From the NCBI GenBank assembly GCA_036172245.1, contig JAYWIR010000002.1, forward strand, positions 2,418,001-2,482,000: a stretch of DNA of 64,000 nucleotides, in the 5' to 3' direction. Position 1 is the stretch's first letter. The number at the start of each line of letters is the position of its first letter. This document shows, one piece after another, positions 25,180-35,757 of the stretch. The stretch is from Raillietiella orientalis (lineage: Eukaryota). The notes under the pieces are model-generated. The model worked only from the letters and a program-made list of their open reading frames with translations. It did not search any database and was not told where the DNA came from. The position numbers and the translations under genes were made by a program.

Positions 25180-25743
25180 TCTATCAGTAAGTGCAGGAAA
25201 GTCTCTTGCTCTCCGCGACTTCCGCAATTGCCATTCACACTGCCCCATGTCCAATGATACAATGGGAACGTCCAAATGTTCATGGCGACGCCCTCATGAC
25301 GTCTGCATCCCTAGCAGCACTTTGCTGTCCACGCGGCGGGACCGTGGCTTCATGGAGCAACGCCAGGGGAGGTCAGGAAGAAAGGGACGCCATCTATTTT
25401 GCTGCCCTCTTCATGAGGACAGCGTCAAGATGGCTCCATCTGGGAGTTCTGAAACAGGAACTTGCCAGCATCCTTATGCAGAGGATGCAGAGGACACCCT
25501 CCTGCACACAGTGATCCCTTCCCCCTCCCCCCCCTCCCCCCATGTTTTGACTATATGTTTTTTGTTTTATGTTTTTGTTTGTCTCCCCTTCCCCTGTGCT
25601 GCTGAGGCGAACCCCGGTGGCCTGTGTGCCAGTTCCCTACAGGTTCCTTCCCGTAGTTATGAGTAACGTGGCAGATCAAACGTCCTGCCACAGACGTGTA
25701 TGTTTCTTTTATAAATAAACTCCCCGGCGTGACCGGGTGTCAA
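25180..25743 (+). mobile_element. 5'-truncated L1/Tx1-like LINE 3' end
   Basis: ORF 25191..25514 (ALCCPRGGTVA...RTASRWLHLGVLKQELASIL) closely matches ORF 39096..39548; 3'UTR ends aataaactccccggcgtgaccgggtgtcaa. Confidence 0.72.
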
Positions 25744-26015
25744 CCCGTCTCACGAACGATGAACCAATGATGGAGGCGTTCTTTGCATGGGGTTCCCCGA
25801 TGCAACACCAGCAGTGCGACCTCGTGCCTCTTGCAGAATTCAGAGAAGGCATGGGGGAACAAGAGAGATCGCACCTGCACTCCCGTCGCTTTTCTGGGAA
25901 ACCCGACGTCCGAAAGCCAGGGGGGTATCGAACCGGGATGAACATCAAGTCTGTTAGTCCGGGTCGTCCAGTCTGCTGGACCATCAGGGACAGGAATGCC
26001 CGGACCCCCAGGAGG

Positions 26016-26510
26016 TTTTTCACCCGGGTGAGCCGAGGCTTTAATTATTAAAATTTTTACAAAGAAAAATTTTATAATAAAGTCTTCTTCTTACGTCATT
26101 TTGACTTTGATTTTTCAGTCAGAACACATGTTGTGACTGTCTTGAAGCACTCGTCCTTACCGACCCGCAGGCCGGTAAGGTCCTCTCCACTGGCGCAGGG
26201 GGCGGGAAAAATAAAAAAAACAAAAAAATTCCATAATAAAGTGCTGTCTTTACAAAATCATTAGAGTTTTTTGGTTTTTTGTTTTTTCTGTCAACAGACA
26301 GAGTTCTGAAAGTCTTGCTGCACTTGTCCTTACCGACCTTTAGGCCGATAAGGTCCGCTTCACTGGCACAGGGGCGGGAAAAACAGAAAAAGAAAAACCC
26401 CTGGGGGGACAACGTTTTTTGGGAGGGGAGGGAAGGGAAGGGATCACGGTACGCCGTGGAGAGAGGCCTCTGCATCCGGTTTTGGATGCGAACAAGTGCC
26501 GGCAGAAGTT
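26016..26510 (-). mobile_element. LINE 3' end with tandemly duplicated ~175-bp 3'UTR segment
   Basis: 26141-26230 and 26313-26400 are direct repeats, each with a ccttaccg..cg(g/a)taagg stem; terminal gcctcggctcacccgggtgaaaaa. Confidence 0.65.
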
Positions 26511-26519
26511 TTCCCGTGG

Positions 26520-26935
26520 GGATCCGATGGAGGATCCCCACGGGAGGGTACACCAAGTACCTTGGCGTTCCGCTGGGTTCAGCCGATCAGACTTTTGTGT
26601 AGCAGAACCGTCTTCAAAAAGTAGAAATGGCGCTCGCCCCGTTCCGGAACGTCAAGCTCTACTTGCCGGAACGGGCTGCGCTTTGTAACGCGTTCGCGGT
26701 TCCCTTCCTCCGCCCCTTGTTTTTTTGTTTGCCCCGTCCCAGAAGCAATTCTCAAAAGGACCTAGGACCTCTTCAGAAAAGCGCCGAATGGGACAAAAGG
26801 AGGTCCACAGTCTGTTTAAAAGACCTCGGTGTTCCGCGTAGGAATGGTGGACTGGGACTCCTTACGTTGGAGCGAATAGAGAGACAGCTCCGATTCTGCA
26901 GACTGGCTCTCGCGTCCAAGCTCTCTACTACACCT
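26520..26935 (+). mobile_element. Decayed L1/Tx1-like ORF2 fragment (end of RT and post-RT region)
   Basis: YTKYLGVPLG (KYLG motif) then ERAALCNAFAVP and LGVPRRNGGLGL (L.P...GGLG motif typical of L1/Tx1 ORF2); interrupted by a stop. Confidence 0.7.
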
Positions 26936-27059
26936 GGGTGCACTTCGACAAGAACCCTTGCCAAGCAAGCAGCCAGATGAGATGGACTGACCTCGGTCGC
27001 CATGGCCACCGATTGAATTTTGAGCCATCCTGGCTTGCAGCTTCGACACATGGTTTCCT

Positions 27060-27300
27060 TTCCTTGGTCCGAAGGAATCCCTGGATCTCCGTCCTCCTCG
27101 CGAACTGGACTGCCTGGCTCATCGGGAGCATTTGGTTTGAACCGCTACGGATGCTGCACCCGAACGAATGGAGGCCCACCAGCGTCATCTTACGGGAGCA
27201 ACTCGAAACTCACGACGCACTGAGTCAATTTTTTTCGGAGTATTCGAACCCGCGGCGCTTGGTGGTGCCACGCGCTATCTAACCACTTGGCCTCCGCCCG
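27060..27300 (-). mobile_element. SINE-like copy 4 with best-preserved tRNA-like head
   Basis: Minus strand ggaggccaagtggttag (A-box-like) ... gggttcgaatac (B-box), then gtgagtttcgagt..gtaagatgacgctggtgggcctccattc as in the 41.3 kb copy. Confidence 0.65.
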
Positions 27301-28315
27301 ATGCGAGCAGGCCGCGGCTGCCGATGACAGCGTCCTGCCGCTGACTTGCGGATTCATTTGATATGAATAAACTCCCCAGCCTCACCGGGTGTCAAGCCGC
27401 ACGCCCCGGCGGGAGGCCTGGGCACCCTCGACTGGCTGCGAGGCATTTGCGGGAAGACAAGAGACGAAGACGGTGGCGCTGCGTGGCGTCGGTTCGTCCG
27501 CAAGAGTTTCCGGGATGAACTCGAAGGGAAAGCATTCCCCCCTCCCCAATGACCCACTGGTTCTGCCTTTTCGTCGAAAGAAGGGCTGGGGAATTTCTCG
27601 CCGGCGAGGCGTGCTCTCCCGCATTCCAGGTCTCCCTCCCATCTCCCTCGAGGAGGCGGATGAAGGTTTCTGGACACACTCGTGGATGCTGCTGCTTCCT
27701 CCGTGGATCAAAAAGGGTGAGGGGGGAGGTACAGGACAGGAGGAAAAGGATGGAAACGAGGAAGCGGAAAGGAGGAGCACAGGGAAGGGGGGAGGAACGA
27801 AAGGAACATGCTTCGAGGGTTCGGAATGCGCCGCCAGCAATGGGCTTCCCGAGAAGCCCCCTCCTCTCCTGTCGCGTCATTGTCGTGCCGGGTGTGGATG
27901 GAAAGGGGACGCGCAGCGGGCGAGGTCGCGAGAGGCACCATCATCACCACCTCTCCCCCTCTCTCTCCACTCTCCCTTCCTGGACGCAAAGTAGACCTCT
28001 CTCCCGAGTTGACCTACCTGCCCTTGCCTCCCGACAGGGGTGTGCCCTCCCCCCACCCTCTCGACCCGACGGGTTTCTCCCGCTGAAGTCTTCCTCCGTC
28101 GCTCCTGCCCCTCCCCACGGACATTCGTCGCGCCTGCCTTCCTTCCGGCCCTCCCCGGGGACGACGAGAGGGGAAAGCCGAGCGTTCCTGTATTTCCTTG
28201 TTCCTCCCGCCGCGGGGTGGGTAGGTGGGTCCTTGGGAGCAGCCATGGAGGCGCGCCCTCACCGCCTCCTCCCTCATCCAGCTTCCCTCAGTTCCTCCTC
28301 GCCCGAGACGGGTCC

Positions 28316-31300
28316 TCATTCGGAGGTCAGGCAGTCGATCAGGGTCTGCTTGTCGTCGAGCTGGAACAGGCAGATGCAAAGGTTTCGAGGGGGAAAGAAG
28401 CGCTTCCCGGCCCCTCCGGAGGAAAGCAGAGGGAAGGGCGATGAGGTGGAAGGGGTCTGCAGCCGGTGCGATTGCAGAGAGCCCTAGGCGACCAGCAAAC
28501 GCGCGCGCTCCGGAGGGGGCAGTGGCCGCAGCAGTTCCTCAAGGAGCTCCAGGAAAGCGAGCCACTGGTCCGCCACCCACCCCTCCCACCTCGCACGCCT
28601 ACCTCCTCGAGGAGGACCCATCCGCCATCCCGGTAGGCGGGTCGCTCCTGCCCACCACGGCAGCAGGCTCCGGAAGGAGCCGCTGTCAGTCGACGCACCT
28701 GCGCCGGTTGGCGCGCGATCGACGCGTGAAGGGTGGGGGTGAGGATAAGAAGTACCTCTCCTACCTGCCACAGGGTGCCTTCCCCAGGGGATCCCGCCTC
28801 CGAAGGAGGAGGGGAAAGGACGAGAGAAGGCATGCGGTGGCGAGGTGTGTGCGCGCGCAAGGAAGAATCGGCGAGGAGGGAGGGGAACCACGCCCCTTTT
28901 CTCCTCCTTTCCCCCCCCCCCTCCATGCCCGCCCGGGAGCTGCAGGGACGCTTACCTGGCGATGCAGCCTCTGCACCCGCTCCCTCTCTACCTTCAGGGT
29001 GGCCTCGTACTCGCACGCGATCTGCGGGAGAGTGGAAAAGAGGGCGAGGGATGAGAGGTTGGGGGAGGGGCGTAGGAGCGTACCTTGGCCTTGAGGGCGT
29101 GCAGCTGCTTCTCCACGCTCTCCCTCCTCTCCCGCTCGCACCTGAGCTCGTTGTGGTACTCCTTCTTGATCTTCTCCAGGTCTTGCTTGATCTTCTGCGT
29201 CTCCTGCTTGCTGAGGCTGTCGTCCTTGAATTGGCGGAACTCGCGGCGCACGCGCTCCAGCTCGCGCTTCAGGTTTGCCTCCTGCTGCGCCAGCACATCC
29301 CGTTCACAGCGCAGCCTCTCCGCCTGCTTCCTCAGGCACGCCAGCTCGCTCCTGTCCGTGTCCAGAGCGGCCTGCAGACTCTTCACCTTCTCCTGCTCCC
29401 TCTGCAGCTGCAGCTCCCGATTGCGGATCTCTCCCGTTAGGATCATGATCTCCGCTTCCTTGCAGTGGACCTGGAAGGAGGAGGAGGAGGAATACGGGTG
29501 GAACGAGGAGTACGGGGAGGAGGCAGGAAGGCAGGGAGAAGGAGGGGCGAGGTGGAGGCCAAGGGGGTCTCCACGTCTCGCCTCCCCTACCCCAACCTCC
29601 CTACCTCCTCCTCCTCGTCATCCTGCCTGCCTCCGCGCCGCTCACCTGCTCCTTGAGCGCGTGTATTTGAGTCCCGATCTTCTCCAGGTCGCAGTCGCAG
29701 CACTCCAGCATGCTCTTCTGGTCGTGCTTCGTCTTCTCCGCACAGATGCTCAGCCTCCGGTGTTCGCAGCGCAACTTCTCGAGCTCGCGGCTCATCCTCT
29801 CGTTCTGCGACTGCATCCGGTCGAGGTCGCACCGGTAGCGCTGAGCCGACAGCCTCTGGATCTCGGCTTCCGTACGAGCGGCTTCCAGCTCCCGGTCCAG
29901 GCGAGCGCGCTGCTGGTCCAGCCCTTCCCGGGATCGCGGAGGCGAGCAGCTGCGTGCGGGTCTGTCGCGCGGGAGCTCTCCCGTGCGCGGCCCCGCCTTC
30001 CTTGAGGAACCCTCGGACTCGCATGCCGCCGGTGCCTCCCGGGCGCAGGGATCGCTCGTGTTGTACTTGCTGCACACGTCTGTGGCCTTCCGTCCATCCC
30101 TCTGATCCTTTATCTGGGGAGAGGGAGACGCGCTACAGTCTGCCTGCTCTCCTGCCCAGGTTCCCCGGACTCCCCCTCCTCTCGCGAGCCATCCCGCGCG
30201 CGCTCCCACCGCTCGGCTGCTCCTTCTCCTCAGCTCGTCTCTGGCCCCAGGGACGAAGTTCAGGAAAGGGTGGAAGTGGGAGCGCCCAAACCAACGGATC
30301 CGGCTACGCACTTCTCCCCGAGAGCATTCCCGCAGCTCGCCATACCGCAGGGGATGAGCCATAGAGAGAAAGAGGGAAGGGGAAGGGGGAAGGGAAGATT
30401 CCAGGAAGCGCCCTCAAGTCTCCCCTCTTCCACCACCGCCACCGCCACTGCTTCGATAACGGTTCGCCCTTGACGTCAGACCTCGGGGGTCCTCCTCGGT
30501 TCCGATCGCTTTCGATCGTCAGGGAAGTGATGAAGGAGAGGGAGTAGGTGGCACGAAGCTCGAGGAAGAGATCGAAATGCCGTGACCACCTTCAACCGTT
30601 TCATCCGCCTCGCGTCGCTTCGGTCGGCGCTTGCCGCGAAGCGAGAGAAAGACGCGGGCCGGAAGAGGAAGGAAGGGACATCGAAATCCAGCCGGAGTAC
30701 TTCCGAAACGTCCCTTCCGGCAGGATGTCCATCCTTCCAAGCCGATCGCAACAGGAAGAAGAGGGGGAGAGCAGATGCTCAGGCGGTGGCTGGACAGCGT
30801 CCACTGTGCGCTTGGAGAGAAACTCCACCACCAACCACCGCTGCTCGAGCCCGTCCACGCATCCGGTGGATCCGACTCTGGAGGAGCGCGCACACCCGCA
30901 AACCGTTCAGGAGCCGCGGCTGAGCAGGGTCGAGTTTCAGTCACGTGATCGACGGGAGCAACCCAAGCACGGCGCCCCCTCTTCCCTCCCTCCCTTCCTC
31001 TCCCAGCACCTCGCTGACTTTTCGCTCTCCCCCCGCGCCGCAGACGCTCCTCTGATGGCGCGCACTCCATCCCTATGGGCGGTCTACCCGGTCCACCCCC
31101 TTCCTCCATCCCTGCCTGTCTGTTCCTGCTTGTTGAGGAGGAGGAAGTCGAGCCCTCCTCCCGGAAGCGCTCCCTATTTAGCCAAGCTGCCTGGAAGTCC
31201 CCGCGAATGGACGGGAGAAGCGAAGGGGACGTGGCTCTTCTCGAGCGGACCCTCAGAAGAAGGGGAGCTCCCCATCCGCACCCATCCGTCAGAGATGACC

Positions 31301-33446
31301 GACGCCTTTCCTCTCCTGTCCTCGCCCCCTTCGTCCGGAACGCGGCCCGACCCGACGCAATGCCCGCCCTCCTCTGCTTCCAGCTCGGAGGGCGCGACCC
31401 TCGACACCGCCTTCCCGTCTGCTTCCGCCCGCTGTTCCTGAACGGTTTGTGGGTACGCGCGCTCCTCCAGAGTCGAGTCCACCGGATGCGTGGGCGGGCG
31501 CGAGCAGAGGTGGATGGTAATGGAAGCTCTCTCCAACCACTTATCGCACTGCAGACGCTGTCCAGCCACCGCCTGCTCATCCCTTCGCCTCCTCTTCCTC
31601 CTCCTCCTCCTACTGCAGCCCTCGAAGTGGTCCTGGCAGCTAGCTGCGACAAAAACACTCGATCTTTCCTCAGTCTCTTGACCTGTGGATTCCTCTGAGG
31701 AGACGATCAAAAAGGGTTAGCGGAGTGCGGTGATCAAGCTAGGGATTTCTCCCTCCCCTTCTTCCCCTGATCGCGAGGGGGTGGGGGAATTCGATGCGCG
31801 CACGCGCAGAAGACGCGCTGCCGGCACGACGGCTTTCCCCAGAGGGCAGGCAGACGCCAAGATGATGGCTGCTGCGGACTGGGGCTCCTGAAGAGGAGAT
31901 CGGAATCCGGACGGAGTCCCTGCGGAGCGTCTCTTCCGGGAAAAAAAAAAAAAAAAACCATCCCTGAGCGGCAATACCCACCGTTAGCTGCAACAAGGGG
32001 AAGGGAGGAGAATGAGCCGACGAAGGAGAGGGAGTTGACCAGAGAAGCGGAGGGGACGGGAGGACGGGGTTAACGGAGAGACCAGGGAGCGACACGGGTT
32101 TTTCCCCCTCCCTGCGCTCGCAATTTTGAGTTCTGAGGGGCTGAACCAACCCGGAAGCGCGCCGTCGTGCTTCCGGGGTGACCTTCCAAGAAGCTTTCGT
32201 ACCCGTGACTGGAGACGCTCATATTCGGCCTGCAGGTAGTCGGCCCGCTCCTTCTCCGACTTGATCTCGTCCTCTGCCTCTTTGCGAACCCTCTCCATCT
32301 CCTCCCGGGACAGCAGCTCGCTCTCCTCGCGCACGCGCACGACCTCGTTCCGCAGGCGATCACACTCCTTGCGCGCCTCGTCAATCTCCTTCATCTGGCG
32401 GTCCAAGTCCTTTTGCTGCCTCTCGATCTGCCTCTGAGACGCCTCGATGTCCTCCTTGAGACCCTCCATGCACATATCCTGGTCCGCTATCTTGTCGTTG
32501 GCTCTCTTCAGCTCTTTTTCCTTTTCTCGGATGCCGTCTTCCAGGGACTCCAGCTCTTCTTCCTTGTCGCACAGCTAAAAAGAGAGGCGGGACAAAGAAA
32601 GGTAGGATCGCGCCCTTCCTCCAGGAGCGGATGGGGAGGGGAGGAAGAGAGGAGACGGGGGGGGGGACGGAAGGCGCGAGCACGCGTGCCACGGGAGGGA
32701 GCCGCTTCCTTGCCTTCTTTTTGAGGGCCTCCACCTGCCGGTCGATGTGCTCGCGCTTCCCTGCCTCCTGGTGCGACAGACCGCGGATCTCCTGCCGCAG
32801 CTTCTCGTAGTCCCTGCGCTTTTTCTCAATGTCCTTCGCCATCCTGTCGATTTCCCCCCTCTGCCTGTCCAGGTAACGCCACAGCTCGGCCGCTTCCTTG
32901 CTGTGGTTGTCCGCCTTGATCCTCATCTCCTCGATGCTCAGCCTCTTGTTCTGGTAGTACTCGGCTCCGTTTTCCACATCGTTCTCCACCGAGTCCTGCT
33001 TCCTGAAGAGCAAAGAAGCACCGTTGGTCCTTTTCTGATCCGGAACCCATTCGGAATCAACAAGCCGCTTCGTTTCACCGACGCGAGAGGAGCTGGCGCT
33101 GCGCGGCGCCAGCAGCGCGTGACGCAACACGCGGACGAGTGGGCATCTCCAAGCAGCATCCCTGCGCCTTCCCGACGAGCCAAAACGAGGACCCTGCGCG
33201 TCCTTTCTCTCCCCCACCCACCTCCCTCAAGGCTTTGCAAGACAAGCAGGTAGACAGACAGACAAACAAACAAACAAAAAAAAAAAAAAAAGGAGTGGAG
33301 AAGGGTGGAAAAAGCACAAAAGCCTTCGGGAAAAGACCTTCTGTAAAAGGTCAGCAAGGAAGGAAAGAGATACATGGAATGCACCTTGACAGACCTGCAT
33401 ATGGAGACTTCCTACCGATCCTGCTCGTGACCGAACGAGGCGGCAT
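28316..33446 (-). CDS. Orphan long coiled-coil protein (~560 aa); exons 33446-33385, 33002-32714, 32574-32203, 30113-29646, 29470-29084, 29021-28956, 28360-28316
   Basis: Heptad-rich E/K/R/Q/L exons joined in consistent phase by pyrimidine-tract/AG acceptors and GT donors (GTACGA, GTGAGC, GTACGC, GTAAGC); terminal exon LDDKQTLIDCLTSE*. First and last exons and the donor at 32714 (GC; GT alternative 21 nt upstream) are less certain. Confidence 0.75.
30775..31578. repeat. ~150-bp imperfect inverted repeat (30775-30922 / 31428-31578) inside an intron
   Basis: aggcggtggctggacagcgtc...cacgcatccggtgga..cgactctggaggagcgcgc..aaaccgttcagga present on both strands. Confidence 0.85.
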
Positions 33447-33767
33447 TCGTGAAAGAAATCGCCCCCCCCCCCCCGCCCTCCAGCTATGGAGGCGACCAGG
33501 AGTCGGCAGCGGATCGCTCCTTTCAGGTTATCTGGAACCACGGCAAGAACCACACCGTCTATCCTCGAAAGATCGCCGGCTCAAAGCAGCGAGGCAGGAG
33601 CAGCATCCTGCGATGGTTCTTTGAGGAGCAACAACTTGCTAGCAGGCTGATCGATTTAAACAGCTCGCGCACTCCTCTCTCTACTTGCAATTTCTACAGC
33701 TTCCAGCATTTCGGCAAGCTTTCTTACGAGCCATCTAATTTCCAGCCAGCAAAGAATTGTAGCTTAC

Positions 33768-33770
<3 letters not shown>

Positions 33771-33801
<31 letters not shown>
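33771..33801 (+). repeat. Poly(A) run, ~31 nt
   Basis: Direct observation. Confidence 0.9.
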
Positions 33802-33804
<3 letters not shown>

Positions 33805-35021
33805 TATACGAGAAAAATTTAAATTTATGAGTTTGTACTTACAACTTTCCTGTTTGCATTGTCAGCAAAAATGTTTTTTAAAAAAAAGTTTACTTTTTTT
33901 TTTTTTTTTTCCCCTCTCACAGCATAAATTTCATGCGATTTGTTTGTCTGTCTCTTTTTTTCGAAAAAAAAAAATGTATATCGAAACTAGCAGTGGTTTG
34001 AAGAAAAACCGAAATATCAAGGAAACCGAAAGTTAAAGAAAAGAAATATTTCCAAGGTTTCTAGCTGTAACAAGCGTTCAATTTCCGGCGTAAATTGCAG
34101 GGGCGTTATTCGAATTTTTTTTTTTTTTTTCTTTTTCCTTCCTTCTCATTTCTCAATAATAACAACGAAGCCTGGCGGAACTTTGCAACACTAAGAGTTG
34201 GCTACAATGGGTGTTCCTTAACAATAAATGCGCAGTGTTGCTTTGGAATGCGTGCGTGTGTAGTCCCGGACAGCTTCCGCTCGAGTGTCGACCCTGCAAA
34301 ACACTCCAGCTGCTAAGTATTTCTACCGCCTGTTTTTTTTTTTTTTTCTTTTCCTTCTTTAACTGCAGCTTCCCGTCCCCCCCCCCCCTCTCTGTCCCTC
34401 CCTGTCTGTTTCATCCCGGAAAAAGTCCAAACTTGCACGTGGTGGGCTCGCTTTCGCTTCCCTGCTCTTGCGGCGTCGGCCTGCTGCCCGGGTGCGGCTG
34501 TCCACTGTCCACTCCGCCCGAAAGCGAAAGTGCGGCGTCAGCAGTGATGCCAAGTGCAGGCAGCGGATTTTCTGCCGGAACGTCGGTCGGACGTGCGCGA
34601 GCGTTGGCGGGGGGAACCCCGTCTCTCGCCTCCTCCGCGCATCCCGACCACGGCCGCCGCCGTCGCGATGGCAACGCCTCGAGGAGGCGGCCCCGAGCGC
34701 GTTTTCGCTTTCCGGCCCCACGTTAGCACAAGCTGGCTTTCGCGAGGAGGTAGTGTCCGTGTCCTTTCTGGAATGCACGTTTGCTAAGAAGCGGTGGGCT
34801 CCAGACGAAATGCCGCAGATGGCTTATCGAGAACGAACGATCTTTCACGCACCCCCCTCCCCCTCCCCTCCCCCCTCCCCGTCGAGAAAATCCGTGTCGA
34901 TGGTGCTGCCGCTAGTGACACATTTACTGTTCAACTCCAGTCTTTTGCTCTTTCTTTCTTTCTTGCAGGTCCTCTCGGAATAAAAATTTCGATTTTCAAA
35001 GAGCACACTCGGCATTTCGTG

Positions 35022-35757
35022 ATGGAGGAGTCCTTGAAAGGGGAAGAGCCGTCGTCCGCTTCGAAGAATGAGAAATTAGCCGAAGACATAAAGCGCTTGG
35101 AAATCATGAAAAAAACGCTGGAAAACCTGAAGAAGGAAACGGAAACGCACGGGAATGAGATCAAGCAGCACTTCGCCAGCTTAGGGATCAACGCCTCTGA
35201 GCTTTCCTCGCTGGAGGATATTGAGGAGGAATGCGAGAAGGGCGAAAGGTATAGGCTCGACGTTGGTGATTTCAGCACCAGAGACGTCAGCGTCGAAGAC
35301 AAGGCAGACAGTGTGCAAGTGAGTTCTTTCCCCTGTGCAAACACTTTGCTGCGCCGTTTGCGGAATGCTGCTCTTCCGTGTCGTAACGTGCCGCATGCGG
35401 AACGGGGAAACCTCCCGGAGATGAGGAATTTTCGCGGTGCTCTCGTGGCGATCGCCTCCTGGGCGGGAACAGGCAAGAAAGCCGTCCTCCTGACCAAAGC
35501 GAAAATGTCCCATCCCCTTCCGGGACGCGCCATGTTTGATCGTGCTCGTGGAAACGGACGTGTGTTCGTTCCAACCCGGCTGGGAAGGGGGGGGGGGGGA
35601 AGTAGTCGCGCACGCGTGTCAGGGAGAAGGGGGAGGAGGAACTTTCCGTGCCTCCGGAGATTCTTCCTTTTCACAGCTTTCCAGCATCGGGAAGACGCTC
35701 GACACTGATTCTGGGCATATCATTTCAGATCAAGATCGACGAGTTGGCCGACTATGA
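35022..35757 (+). CDS. Small orphan acidic/coiled-coil protein; exons ~35022-35318 and ~35677-35757
   Basis: Acceptor cttgcag at ~34968, ATG MEESLKGEEP...EKLAEDIKRLEIMKKTLENLKKE, donor CAA|GTGAGT, acceptor ttccttttcacag|LSSIGKTLD...GRL*. Confidence 0.55.

Noticed and set aside
27235..27300. Functional tRNA gene
   Set aside because: A/B-box-like motifs are present but I cannot fold an acceptor stem or a clean anticodon arm; it runs into the SINE body
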